Shown: positions 29,408-39,199 of the stretch, in pieces
Position numbering within the stretch: the stretch's first letter is position 1
How the letters are laid out: each line of letters opens with the position of its first letter
Origin: a candidate division FCPU426 bacterium
GTDB lineage: Bacteria; Oederibacteriota; PGYV01; Palsa-1178
DNA length: 64,000 bases
Reading direction: 5' to 3'
Assembly: GCA_963840035.1 (NCBI GenBank)
Contig: CAWIXE010000002.1
Coordinates: 192,001-256,000 of the forward strand
Made by a program: the position numbers and the translations under genes
The notes under the pieces: generated by a model
The model's database searches: none
The model's input: the letters and a program-made list of their open reading frames with translations, nothing else
What the model was told of the DNA's origin: nothing

Positions 29408-29797
29408 GTGATTGAAATGCTCGGCGTAGGACATGAAATGGTAGTCAAAGCAAAGGCGTATTACCTTATAATAAGGGTAATAAATGAAGACGGCGAATTT
29501 ATCAGGACCGTTGCCGACACTAAGGTGGATTCATTCGCGGTATCTGTGGACCTGCCTGACGGCATGCAGATTGAAAGCCCGGGTATTGTGCCCATATACA
29601 TTCCGGGTGTTGAGGCTATATGGACTGAAGGGGAACATGAAACCACATTTATATGGGACGGCAAGGATGAAAAAGGGTCCGCTGTGAAACCGGGCATATA
29701 TTATATAGAGGTTGACCAGCACGATAACGGCAAGCGCAAAAACCGGATTACCAAAGTGGTAAAGGTTTTATCAAACCTGCTGAAAAAGGCTGGCTGA
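29408..29797 (+). CDS. Stand-alone FlgD-Ig-like domain protein
   Basis: FIWDGKDEKGSAVKPGIYYIEV (WDGxDxxGxxVxxGxY motif); start uncertain. Confidence 0.6.
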   Translation: MIEMLGVGHEMVVKAKAYYLIIRVINEDGEFIRTVADTKVDSFAVSVDLPDGMQIESPGIVPIYIPGVEAIWTEGEHETTFIWDGKDEKGSAVKPGIYYIEVDQHDNGKRKNRITKVVKVLSNLLKKAG

Positions 29798-29826
29798 TAA
29801 GGGTTTGTAATAATAATTTCATCCGC

Positions 29827-29855
29827 GGAACTTCCATCCTGTATAAAACGTCTAA
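29827..29855 (+). promoter_or_regulatory. ECF (RpoE/sigmaE-like) promoter upstream of tolC-macAB
   Basis: GGAACTT-16-GTCTAA; a sigma70-like TTGACA(29883)...TATAGT(29905) follows. Confidence 0.65.
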
Positions 29856-29958
29856 CATTATATAAACTGAAAGTTAAAACACTTGACAAGTTGTTTTTTT
29901 GTGATATAGTTAGGTTGTCTAACAATTAGGAAAATTAAGTATAACAAGGCGGTCCGAA

Positions 29959-31230
29959 ATGAAAAAAAGAAGGGCAGTAATCGCGCTGATATGCGCGCTC
30001 GCGCCCGGGATGCTTTTTGCGTCCGGGTTGTCATGGAAGGATTGCGCGGCTGAAGCCATGGCTTTTGGCCCTGAAATCACATCGGCAAGGGAGTCTTTAA
30101 ACCAGGCAAGGGCGAACAACTGGTCGCCTGTATCCGCGGCTCTGCCGCAGGTTTCAGCGTCGGCATCCGGCTCAAAAAGCGGGAGTGAACCACTGGCCGG
30201 GCCTTATACAAAGTCAGATGGATATTCTTACAGCATACGCGCAAGCCAGGTGATATTTGACGGATTTGACAATACCCAGCAGATATTGAAAGCCGGGGAA
30301 CAGGTAAGGGCAGCGGAGCTTTCCTATAAGATATCATCGGCGCTAATAAGGTATAACCTCAGGCAGTCGTATGTAAACCTTATCAAAGCTGAAAAGATGG
30401 CGGAGCTTACAGGGCAGATATCCGCCATAAGGAAAAAACAGTATGATAATGTAAACTTAAGGTATTCGGCAGGCAGGGAAAATAAAGGCGCCGTATTGAG
30501 CGCGGAAGCTGATATGATGCAGGCTGAATTTGAGGCGGGTCAGGCAAAAAGGAACCTTGAAACGGCGCAGATGGACCTTAGCGCGAGGCTCGGCCGCGGA
30601 TTTGGCGCGGATATAAACCCCGCTGAGACGCTCGACATTCCTGAGGCCCCGGCTGACGAACCTGATTACAAAGCGCTGACGGATTCCGATCTTTCGCTCC
30701 AGATTGCCATAGCGCAGTCTAAGTCCGCGGGTTATGACGCGGGGTCCGCGATAGGAGCCATGCTGCCATCGGCGTCAGTAAGCGCCAGCGCGGGACGGTC
30801 AGGCGATAAGATAGTGCCGGATAACACCCAGTGGTCGCTGGGCCTGAATATTTCAGTGTCGCTTTTTGACGGCGGCAGGTCTGTGGCTCAGCTGGCAGCT
30901 GCAGCAGCCGCGTTAAACCGCGCCAAAGCCGATGAGAAATCCGCGGCGTTTGATACGGTTATCAGCTTAAAGCGCGCGTGGAACACCTATAAGGATTCGT
31001 TTTTAAGCCTGAACGTGCAGAAAAAATACCTGGACGCCACCACGGAGAGGGCGAAAATCGCGGACGCGCAGTATTTAACCGGACTCATCGACTACAATAA
31101 CTGGACCATAATACAAAACAGCCTCGTCTCCTCGCAGAAGTCATATGTGGCGGCGCAGGCAAACTTACTCATATCGGAAGCAGCCTGGATACAGGCAAAA
31201 GGAGGAACACTTGAAGACGAAACCAAATAA
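29959..31230 (+). CDS. TolC-family outer-membrane efflux protein
   Basis: Signal peptide; two OEP repeats (LPQVSASAS..QVIFDG; LPSASVSAS..SLFDGG). Confidence 0.88.
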   Translation: MKKRRAVIALICALAPGMLFASGLSWKDCAAEAMAFGPEITSARESLNQARANNWSPVSAALPQVSASASGSKSGSEPLAGPYTKSDGYSYSIRASQVIFDGFDNTQQILKAGEQVRAAELSYKISSALIRYNLRQSYVNLIKAEKMAELTGQISAIRKKQYDNVNLRYSAGRENKGAVLSAEADMMQAEFEAGQAKRNLETAQMDLSARLGRGFGADINPAETLDIPEAPADEPDYKALTDSDLSLQIAIAQSKSAGYDAGSAIGAMLPSASVSASAGRSGDKIVPDNTQWSLGLNISVSLFDGGRSVAQLAAAAAALNRAKADEKSAAFDTVISLKRAWNTYKDSFLSLNVQKKYLDATTERAKIADAQYLTGLIDYNNWTIIQNSLVSSQKSYVAAQANLLISEAAWIQAKGGTLEDETK

Positions 31231-32188
31231 ACATATTATCCTGTGGGCCGTTGTCATTATCGCGGCCGCGGCCATACTGTTCTTTATTTTTCAGCCGAAA
31301 AAAGCCGCGGTAATAACAGCGGAGTACCAGGCAAAGACCGGCTCCATAAAAGTTTCGGTTTCCACCACCGGGACGGTCATGCCGCAGAACAGGCTTGAGA
31401 TCAAGCCCGCGCTTTCCGGCAGGATGGAGTCCATACTTGTCGTGGAAGGGCAAAAAGTAAGGAGGGGGCAGACGCTCGCGTATATGAGTTCTTCCGACAG
31501 GGCCGCGCTGCTGGATGCCGCGCGCGCGCAGGGGGAGAAGAGCCTGAAGGAATGGGAGGACATATATAAACCCATACCATTTGTGGCGCCGATAAACGGA
31601 GAGGTCATAGTCAGGGCAGTGGAACCGGGGCAGACAGTATCGCCGGCAGACGCGGTTATAGTTCTTTCGGACAGGCTCATAATCCAGGCGCAGGTTGATG
31701 AAACGGATATCGGAAAGGTAAAAGTGGGGCAGGAAGCGTCGCTTACGCTTGACGCGTATCCGGACCAGCCCATAAACGGAAAGGTTGACCATATATATTA
31801 TGAATCAAAGACGGTGAATAATGTGACCATGTATTATGTGGACATACTGCCGGATAAGGTGCCGGATTTTTTCAGGTCAGGCATGAGCGCGAACATTGAG
31901 ATAGTCCAGCAGAAAAGGGACGGCGTTGTGCTTCTGCCTTCCGACGCCATAAAGAAATACGGGGACAAGAATATTGTTTTGTTAAAAGCCGAAAAGAACG
32001 GAAAACCGGAAAGGCGCGAAGTGACCACCGGTCTGACGGACGATGAAAATACGGAAATTACATCCGGTTTAAGCGGAGGGGAAACAATAGTTGTCATGAA
32101 GCAGAACTACAAAGCGCCGCAGGCAGGAAGCCAGACAGTTAACCCGCTGATGCCGCAGAGGCCGAGGAACGCGGGAAGGGCGCATTAA
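31211..32188 (+). CDS. macA: MacA-like periplasmic adaptor (membrane fusion protein)
   Basis: N-terminal TM; GTV.P...EIKP..SGR, APINGEV, VDETDIGKVKVGQ, RSGMSA. TTG start behind GGAGG. Confidence 0.88.
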   Translation: MKTKPNKHIILWAVVIIAAAAILFFIFQPKKAAVITAEYQAKTGSIKVSVSTTGTVMPQNRLEIKPALSGRMESILVVEGQKVRRGQTLAYMSSSDRAALLDAARAQGEKSLKEWEDIYKPIPFVAPINGEVIVRAVEPGQTVSPADAVIVLSDRLIIQAQVDETDIGKVKVGQEASLTLDAYPDQPINGKVDHIYYESKTVNNVTMYYVDILPDKVPDFFRSGMSANIEIVQQKRDGVVLLPSDAIKKYGDKNIVLLKAEKNGKPERREVTTGLTDDENTEITSGLSGGETIVVMKQNYKAPQAGSQTVNPLMPQRPRNAGRAH

Positions 32189-32263
32189 GGGCAATACGAC
32201 TCATAGGACGATTCATAGGACAACTCAGATAGGACAATTTCACCTGAGTCCAAGGAGCATTGC

Positions 32264-34219
32264 ATGATCCAGATAAAAGACCTATCCAAAACCTACAAGA
32301 CCGGCAAAGTCGCCTTTAAAGCGCTCGACAAGGTTTCTCTTACCATTGATTCCGGCGAGTTTGTCGCCATCATGGGGCCTTCAGGCTCCGGCAAGTCTAC
32401 CCTCATGCACTTAATGGGCTTTCTTGATTCGCCTGATTCAGGGTCATATAAACTCAGCGGGAAAGAAACATCGCGGCTCTCCGATGATGATTACGCGGAG
32501 CTGCGTTCAAAAAAGATAGGGTTTGTATTCCAGCAGTTCCATCTGCTGGCCAGGGAAAGCACCATAAAGAACGTGGAGCTTCCCCTTATATACGCCGGTA
32601 TTACCGAATCAAACGGCCGCGGGTCCGCGTTATTAAAAGAAGTGGGGCTTGCGTCAAAGGAAAAGAACCTTCCGAACGAACTTTCCGGCGGCGAGAGGCA
32701 GCGTGTGGCAGTGGCACGCTCGCTTATAAACAACCCCGGGTTAATCCTTGCCGATGAACCCACGGGAAACCTCGATTCAAAAAGCCAGAAAGACATACTG
32801 GAATTATTGGCCGGATTAAACAGGAAGGGCAAGACCATAGTGGTCGTAACGCACGACCAGGAAGTTGCGGAATACGCGGGCAGGATAATAAGGATAAGGG
32901 ACGGAAAGATAATTTCCGATACCATCAGGAAAGGCAAAAATTACAGGAAGCCTGAAGGGAACGGCAAGAACAAGGACGTGAAAGAAGAAAAGCCGGCCAT
33001 TACCACCATAGAGTTTGCCGATTATATCAGGCAGGCTTACAACGCTATTATAGGAAACAAACTCAGGTCAGCGCTGTCCATGCTGGGCATACTCATAGGA
33101 GTGGCTGCGGTCATAGCCATGCTCGCGTTAGTCGGCGGCGCCACGGATTCCATTAAAAAATCCCTTTCTTCGCTTGGTTCAAACATCCTGACCGTCATAC
33201 CCGGGAATTTCAGGATGGGCGGCGTTTCCATGGGCACGGGCAATGTCACGAGGTTTACGCTCCAGGATGTGGAGGCGCTTGGAAAGCTTTCAGGAGTTAA
33301 ATTCGCGTCAGGCTCCGTGAACGGAAGGGCACAGGCTGTTTTTCAGGATAAAAACTGGTCCACCAGGGTCCAGGGTACCGGTGAAAACTACCCTGAAATG
33401 AGAAACGCAGTGCCTGCGTTTGGCGCGTTTTTTACGGAGAATGATTTAAGGATACGGAACAGGGTGTGCGTGATTGGCCAGACAGTGGCGACGAACCTCT
33501 TTGGCGAAAGCGACCCGCTTGGTCAGGACATAAAGATAAACAGGGTGGCATTTAAGGTCGTGGGAGTTTTGCCTGTAAAAGGCGCGAGCGGTTTTCAGGA
33601 CCAGGATGACACAATCATAGTACCGCTTACCACCGCCATGTTCAGGCTGCTGGGCAAGGAATATGTGGACTCCATAGATGTGCAGGTAAAGGATTTTTCC
33701 ATGATGGACCAGGCGCAGGATGACATAATGGCGGCCATACGCAAAAAGCACAGAATATCAAACCCGGAAGACACATCTTTCCAGATAATGAATATGGCAG
33801 AACTCCAGAAGACATTCGCGGCCCAGTCAAATGTCATGGCAATGCTTTTGGGGTCGATTGCCGCCATTTCGCTTTTAGTCGGAGGCATCGGTATCATGAA
33901 CATAATGCTGGTTTCTGTTACTGAGCGCACCAGGGAAATAGGCCTGCGCAAGGCCATAGGCGCAAAGAAAAGGGATATTATGATACAGTTTATAATAGAA
34001 AGCGTGCTCATGACTTTTATAGGGGGCCTAGCCGGGATAATCCTGGGCGCATCTATTGCAGGGGCCATTACATTTTTCGCGAAGTGGGCGATAAACCTCT
34101 CGCCGCTGCTGGTCATAGGAGTTACGCTGTTTTCAGTGGCAGTTGGCATAATATTCGGCATAATGCCGGCTAAAAAGGCCTCGGAATTAAACCCGATAGA
34201 CGCTTTAAGGTATGAGTAA
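32264..34219 (+). CDS. macB: MacB-like ABC transporter (ATPase + permease)
   Basis: GPSGSGKST, LSGGERQR, LADEPTGNLD; GGIGIMNIMLVSVTERTREIGLRKAIGA; PIDALRYE. Confidence 0.95.
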   Translation: MIQIKDLSKTYKTGKVAFKALDKVSLTIDSGEFVAIMGPSGSGKSTLMHLMGFLDSPDSGSYKLSGKETSRLSDDDYAELRSKKIGFVFQQFHLLARESTIKNVELPLIYAGITESNGRGSALLKEVGLASKEKNLPNELSGGERQRVAVARSLINNPGLILADEPTGNLDSKSQKDILELLAGLNRKGKTIVVVTHDQEVAEYAGRIIRIRDGKIISDTIRKGKNYRKPEGNGKNKDVKEEKPAITTIEFADYIRQAYNAIIGNKLRSALSMLGILIGVAAVIAMLALVGGATDSIKKSLSSLGSNILTVIPGNFRMGGVSMGTGNVTRFTLQDVEALGKLSGVKFASGSVNGRAQAVFQDKNWSTRVQGTGENYPEMRNAVPAFGAFFTENDLRIRNRVCVIGQTVATNLFGESDPLGQDIKINRVAFKVVGVLPVKGASGFQDQDDTIIVPLTTAMFRLLGKEYVDSIDVQVKDFSMMDQAQDDIMAAIRKKHRISNPEDTSFQIMNMAELQKTFAAQSNVMAMLLGSIAAISLLVGGIGIMNIMLVSVTERTREIGLRKAIGAKKRDIMIQFIIESVLMTFIGGLAGIILGASIAGAITFFAKWAINLSPLLVIGVTLFSVAVGIIFGIMPAKKASELNPIDALRYE

Positions 34220-34223
34220 GACG

Positions 34224-34372
34224 GATTTTGAATTTTAAATTTTCTATTTTCAATTAAAACCATTGTTTTTATGGAACTTATTCGAAATCACCTAAAAAAC
34301 CACATACAAATACCTCACGCCACCATGTTTTCATCCTTTAAATTGAAAATATCAAATTGAAAATTGAAAATC
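34224..34372. repeat. Imperfect heptamer-period inverted repeat
   Basis: TTTTCAA-type arm 34224-34255 and TTGAAAA-type arm 34341-34372. Confidence 0.7.
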
Positions 34373-34509
34373 CCTTTTAATCAAAAAATACTTTACAAAA
34401 CCCCCTGTTTATGTAAAAATAGGGACATTGTTTTGTCAGTGAAAACTTAAAATAGCGGGCGGATATACCTCGTCCCTACATTTACACATTCTTTCAAGGA
34501 GGTAATAGC

Positions 34510-36913
34510 ATGACTGAAGTAGCAGCACAGGCAGTTACACAAACTGTCGCAGTCGCAGCCGAAGTTGTCACAAAGGCAGCCGAGCACATTAAACTTGCTC
34601 CGCTCACGTCTTTTGAGAACCTGGCGCTGTGGGTAGTCTGGGGCACGTCCTTACTCGCCCTGGTTTATGGTTTTTACTTGATGGCCGAGATCCTCGGCAA
34701 GTCAAGGGGAACCCAGAAAATGATCGAGATCAACGCGGAAATCAAGAAGGGCGCAAAAGCTTACTTGATCAGGCAGTTTTCAACCATCATCTGGCTCGTT
34801 CTCGGATTGATGGCGGTATTGTATTTCACCACGGTTGTAGACCCGTCACTCGGGTACTCGCCGGAACAGATGCTGAAGATCAAGATCGGAAGGGCGCTCG
34901 CGTTCTTCCTCGGAGCCCTGGCTTCGGCAGTAACAGGAACAGTCGGAATGCTCTTAGCCGTTGAAGGTAATGTAAGGGTAGCGGCAGGCGCGGTAGCAAA
35001 AGGAAAGAAAGAAGCTTTAACAATAGCGTTCAGGACAGGTTCCATCGCCGGAATGTTCACCATCGGCCTTGGCCTTCTCGGCGCAACTTCGATATTCTTA
35101 ATATTCCAGACTGAAGCTTCAGCCATCTCTGACGTTCTCGTCGGATTCGGCTTCGGCGGATGCCTGCTCGCTCTCTTTATGAGGGTCGGCGGCGGAATAT
35201 TCACAAAGGCAGCGGACGTTGGAGCTGACCTCGTAGGAAAAGTTGAAAAGAACATACCGGAAGATGATCCCCGCAATGCAGCGACGATCGCCGATAACGT
35301 TGGAGACAACGTGGGCGACTGCGCAGGCATGGCCGCGGACATTTTCGAGTCATACGAAGTAACGCTCGTTGCCGCCATGATACTCGGCGCGACAGTGTTT
35401 GGAAACATGGGAGTTATCTTCCCGCTGTTTGTCCGTGCCGTCGGAGTTATCGCTTCGATCATCGGAACATACGCAGTAGTTTCAAAGAGCGAAGAAGAGC
35501 ACGCGATGAAGCCGATTCAGAGGGGCTTCTGGCTTGCTTCAGTACTTTCCATCGTCGGCTTCGGTATCATCACGGTTATGTACCTGATACCCGCAATCGG
35601 CGAATGGATGGCCAAGAAACCGGAACTGTTCGCGGGCTCGCCTGCAAACGGCGCCACGATCCTCGGCTGGAAACTTTTCATCATCACCACGGTCGGTATT
35701 ATCCTCTCGTTCCTCATCTCACAGATGACGGAACACTTCACCACAACAGAGGCTAAGCCGGTCCAGGACATAGTAAAATCAACGCTCACAGGCCCTGCGA
35801 CAGTTATCCTCGCGGGAACCGCTGAAGGCTTAGAATCATCGGTATGGGCGATCATTTCAATCGCCGTATCGCTGGCGGTATCGATCCTGGTATTTGCCAT
35901 AATGCCGGTGGGAACAGCGGCGGCAATCACCATGCAGACCCTTTACGGAATAGCTTTAATCGGACTTGGAATGCTCACAGTTACAGGTATCATCGTTTCC
36001 GAAGACACATTCGGGCCGGTATCTGACAACGCGCAGGGCATCGGCGAGATGGCAAAGCTTCCGGAAAAAGGACGCAAAGTGCTTGATGAGCTCGACGCAG
36101 TAGGAAATTCCACAAAAGCAATCACCAAGGGATTCGCGATCGCGACAGCCGTTATCGCTGCCGTATCGCTTTTCGCTTCATTTAACGAAGTAACAGGCGT
36201 GCCGTTCATCAATCTTCTCAAGCCCGATAGTTTTCATCGGCTTGTTAATCGGCGGCGCGGTACCGTTCCTCTTCTCGTCACTTCTTATCCGTGCCGTTGG
36301 AAGGGCAGCGTTCCTGGTTGTTAACGAAGTAAGAAGGCAGTTCAAGGAAATCAAGGGCCTGATGTCCGGCAAAGCTAAACCTGAGTCGGCAAAGGTTGTT
36401 GATATCTGCACAGCAGCGGCGCTGAAAGAACTCGTTTCACCCGCATTGCTCGCGATCCTTATGCCTGTTGCGATTGGCTTCCTGTTCAAGGCTGAAGGCC
36501 TTGGCGGATACCTCGCGGGCGTAATCCTCGTGGGACAGCTTATGGCTGTATATCTCAGCAACGCCGGCGGCGCGTGGGATAATGCCAAGAAATCCGTCGA
36601 ACAGATGGGCTTCAAAGGCACAGACAGGCATAAAGCGGCGGTCATCGGCGACACAGTCGGCGACCCGTTCAAAGACACAGCAGGACCGGCGTTAAACCCG
36701 CTCATCAAGGTCATGAACCTTGTTGCGCTGCTTATCGCCCCGATACTCGTCAGCCCGGCTTTCACAGGCGCGAACGCGTACAGCTGGCCCGTTATTGCGG
36801 TGGTAGTTGTATGCCTCGGAGTTATTGCCTGGGGACTTATGATGTCAAAAAGGGAAGATGAGACATCGGAAAAGATAGCTGAAGAAGTAGCTGCGAAGAA
36901 TAAGAAGAAATAA
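34510..36913 (+). pseudogene. hppA: Membrane H+-translocating pyrophosphatase, K+-independent type, split by a single-base insertion (possibly a sequencing error)
   Basis: [43 protein letters not shown]. The second frame carries GGAWDNAKK and GDTVGDPFKDTAGP. Removing one C from CCC at 36223-36225 restores ...[18 protein letters not shown]. Confidence 0.9.
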
Positions 36914-36931
36914 GCTTTAAGTCACATACGC

Positions 36932-36965
36932 AAAGGGCCGGCGGAAACGCCGGCCTTTTGTTTTT
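36932..36965 (+). terminator. Rho-independent terminator after hppA
   Basis: ggccggcg-gaaa-cgccggcc + ttttgttttt. Confidence 0.85.
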
Positions 36966-36980
36966 AAAGCAGGATATTGT

Positions 36981-37026
36981 TGTCATTGCGAGGAGGCGTT
37001 CTAGACTTATGCCGACGAAGCAATCC
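36981..37026. repeat. TGTCATTGCGAG REP-like element upstream of GIY-YIG gene
   Basis: tgtcattgcgaggaggcg...gacgaagcaatcc. Confidence 0.85.
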
Positions 37027-37095
37027 CTGTTTTACTGATAAGCCGTAGAATTTGTTAAATGCAGGGTTTAATATTCATTCTTACGGAGGGTAAAA

Positions 37096-37389
37096 ATGAA
37101 TAAACAGTGCTATATTTATATCATGACTTGTAACAGCAATAAGGCTTTATATATAGGGGTTACAAACGACCTTATCAGGCGTGTCCGGGAGCATAAAAAT
37201 AAAGTGGTAAAAGGTTTTACCAGCAGGTATAATGTTGACCGCCTAGTTTATTATGAGGTGTTTGAGGATATAGAAAACGCTATTATAAGGGAAAAGCAGC
37301 TTAAGGGCGGGAACCGCAGGAAAAAGGAAGCGCTGATTAACGGTTTTAACCCGCAATGGAAAGATTTATATGATAGTGTCATTATTTGA
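37096..37389 (+). CDS. Small stand-alone GIY-YIG nuclease family protein
   Basis: YIYIM...LYIGVTNDLIRRVREHK, GFTSRYNV..LVYYE, AIIREKQLK, NPQWKDL. Confidence 0.93.
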   Translation: MNKQCYIYIMTCNSNKALYIGVTNDLIRRVREHKNKVVKGFTSRYNVDRLVYYEVFEDIENAIIREKQLKGGNRRKKEALINGFNPQWKDLYDSVII

Positions 37390-37392
37390 GAT

Positions 37393-37890
37393 TGTCATTG
37401 CGAGGAGCCGTTTTAGCCTTGTGGTGACGAAGCAATCTCGGTTTCATCGATAAGACTTAAGCATAGTCCTGCATAAGAACAGAGATTGCTTCGTCGCTGA
37501 GGGGATTGCTCCTCGCAATGACAGGCAAACAAAGATAAGCTTCAAACTGTTTAAGATTGTCATTGATGGCTGATTCTGTCATTGCGAGGAGGCGTTCTTG
37601 ATTTATGCCGACGAAGCAATCCCAGTTCCACCGATAAGCCTTACAACAAAGTACCTGCATAAGAACAGAGATTGCTTCGTCGCTGAGGGGCGCGCTCCTC
37701 GCAATGACAGGCAAACAAAGATAAGCCTTACAACAAAGTGCCTGCATAAGAACAGAGATTGCTTCGTCGCTGAGGAGCTCGCTCCTCGCAATGACAGGCA
37801 AACAAAGATAAGCCTTACAACAAAGTGCCTGCATAAGAACAGAGATTGCTTCGTCGCTGAGGAGCTCGCTCCTCGCAATGACAGGCAAAC
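37393..37890. repeat. Cluster of six TGTCATTGCGAG REP-like elements: two inverted doublets, the second extended into three tandem 87-bp units
   Basis: Forward copies at 37393 and 37577; reverse copies ending 37523, 37709, ~37796 and ~37883; tandem units start at 37633, 37720 and 37807. Confidence 0.92.
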
Positions 37891-37915
37891 ATAAAAAAAC
37901 AACAGGAGAAAAACA

Positions 37916-39016
37916 ATGGAAGTAGGGATTGTAGGACTGCCTAATGTCGGAAAATCAACGACATTTAACGTATTAACAAAAACCAAAGGCGCGGCTGTCG
38001 CCAATTACGAGTTCTGTACCATAGAACCAAACGTGGGGATCGTGGCGGTACCTGATGAACGTCTTGATTTCCTATATAAGGTTTATAATGACGGTAAGAC
38101 AACTTATGTGCCTGCTTCTTTTAAGTTCGTGGACATCGCAGGCCTTGTTAAAGGCGCGTCAAAAGGCGAAGGCCTTGGCAATAAGTTCCTTGCCAATATC
38201 AGGGAAGTGGATACTATAGCGCATGTCGTCCGTGTGTTTACTGACGCCAATGTTATCAGGACGAAAGGCAAGTTAGATCCCATCAGCGACATTGAAACCA
38301 TTGAAACCGAACTCATGCTCGCCGACTTGGAGAGCGTTACAAAAGGATTTTCAAAGATTGAAAGGACAGCCAAGTCAGGAAACGACAAAGAAGCGCTTAT
38401 TAAATACAATGTGTTAAAGAAAGTAAAAGACACCCTTGAAAAAGGCATGCCCGCCACCGCGGCAGGGCTGACTAACGAGGAAAAACCCATGGTAAAAGAA
38501 CTCGGCCTGATGTCGCTAAAGCCTATGCTTTATGTTTTGAACACGGACGAGGATAAAATCGAGGGTTTTGAAAAGTTCTTTCCGGAACTGGTAGAGTATA
38601 TAAAGAAGAGAAACGCCGAATACGTAGTCATATCCGCGAAGATTGAGGGCGAGATGATGGAGTTAGGCGAGGATGAAAGAAAAGAATACTTAAAGGAACT
38701 CGGCTTTGAATACAAAGGTTTTGACGAATTCATACAGCACGCCTACAGGCTGCTGGACCTGATAACGTTCTTAACAGCAGGAGCGCAGGAAGTCCGCGCC
38801 TGGCCCATTAAACGCGGGTCAAAGGCTGAAGAAGCGGCCGGCAAAATTCACTCCGACATCCAGCGCGGGTTTATTAAGGCTGAGATAATGAAATTTGAGG
38901 AATTTAAGAACGTGAAAGACGAGCTTAAGATGAAGGAAATGGGGCTGATGCGCTCTGAAGGCAGGGATTACATAATGCAGGACGGGGATATGGTGCATTT
39001 TAAGTTTAACGTGTAG
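37916..39016 (+). CDS. ychF: Redox-regulated ATPase YchF (Obg family)
   Basis: GIVGLPNVGKST, FCTIEPN, DIAGLVKGASKGEGLGNKFL, AGKIHSD, EGRDYIMQDGD..FKFNV. Confidence 0.97.
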   Translation: MEVGIVGLPNVGKSTTFNVLTKTKGAAVANYEFCTIEPNVGIVAVPDERLDFLYKVYNDGKTTYVPASFKFVDIAGLVKGASKGEGLGNKFLANIREVDTIAHVVRVFTDANVIRTKGKLDPISDIETIETELMLADLESVTKGFSKIERTAKSGNDKEALIKYNVLKKVKDTLEKGMPATAAGLTNEEKPMVKELGLMSLKPMLYVLNTDEDKIEGFEKFFPELVEYIKKRNAEYVVISAKIEGEMMELGEDERKEYLKELGFEYKGFDEFIQHAYRLLDLITFLTAGAQEVRAWPIKRGSKAEEAAGKIHSDIQRGFIKAEIMKFEEFKNVKDELKMKEMGLMRSEGRDYIMQDGDMVHFKFNV

Positions 39017-39022
39017 GCAGTA

Positions 39023-39119
39023 CCTTAACCCTTAACCTCATCCTTAATCTTAGATAGTAGCCCTTGCAGTTAAAGCAATGGCCAAGAGCTAAGGATAAGA
39101 ATTAAGGTTAAGGATAAGG
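39023..39119. repeat. Single copy related to the 97-bp CCTTAA/TTAAGG hairpin unit
   Basis: ccaagagctaaggataagaattaagg here is the reverse complement of ccttaattcttatccttagctcttgg in the 51863 array. Confidence 0.8.
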
Positions 39120-39199
39120 AATGCGTTGGTAGCCGCAGCCTTCAGGCTGCGCAAGGCAGGAACTGGCTTTATATTTCAGGGGTTATCAGGGGATTTTTA

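Noticed and set aside
36200..36260. Programmed ribosomal frameshift in hppA
   Set aside because: No slippery X XXY YYZ or long homopolymer at the junction; a simple 1-bp insertion explains it.
37633..37890. CRISPR-like repeats
   Set aside because: The inter-palindrome segments are also repeated, so these are tandem 87-bp duplications rather than repeat-spacer units.
37457..38004. Repetitive ORFs 37457-37888(-), 37598-37894(+) and 37603-38004(-)
   Set aside because: Translations of the 87-bp REP tandem (a multiple of 3), with no independent coding evidence.
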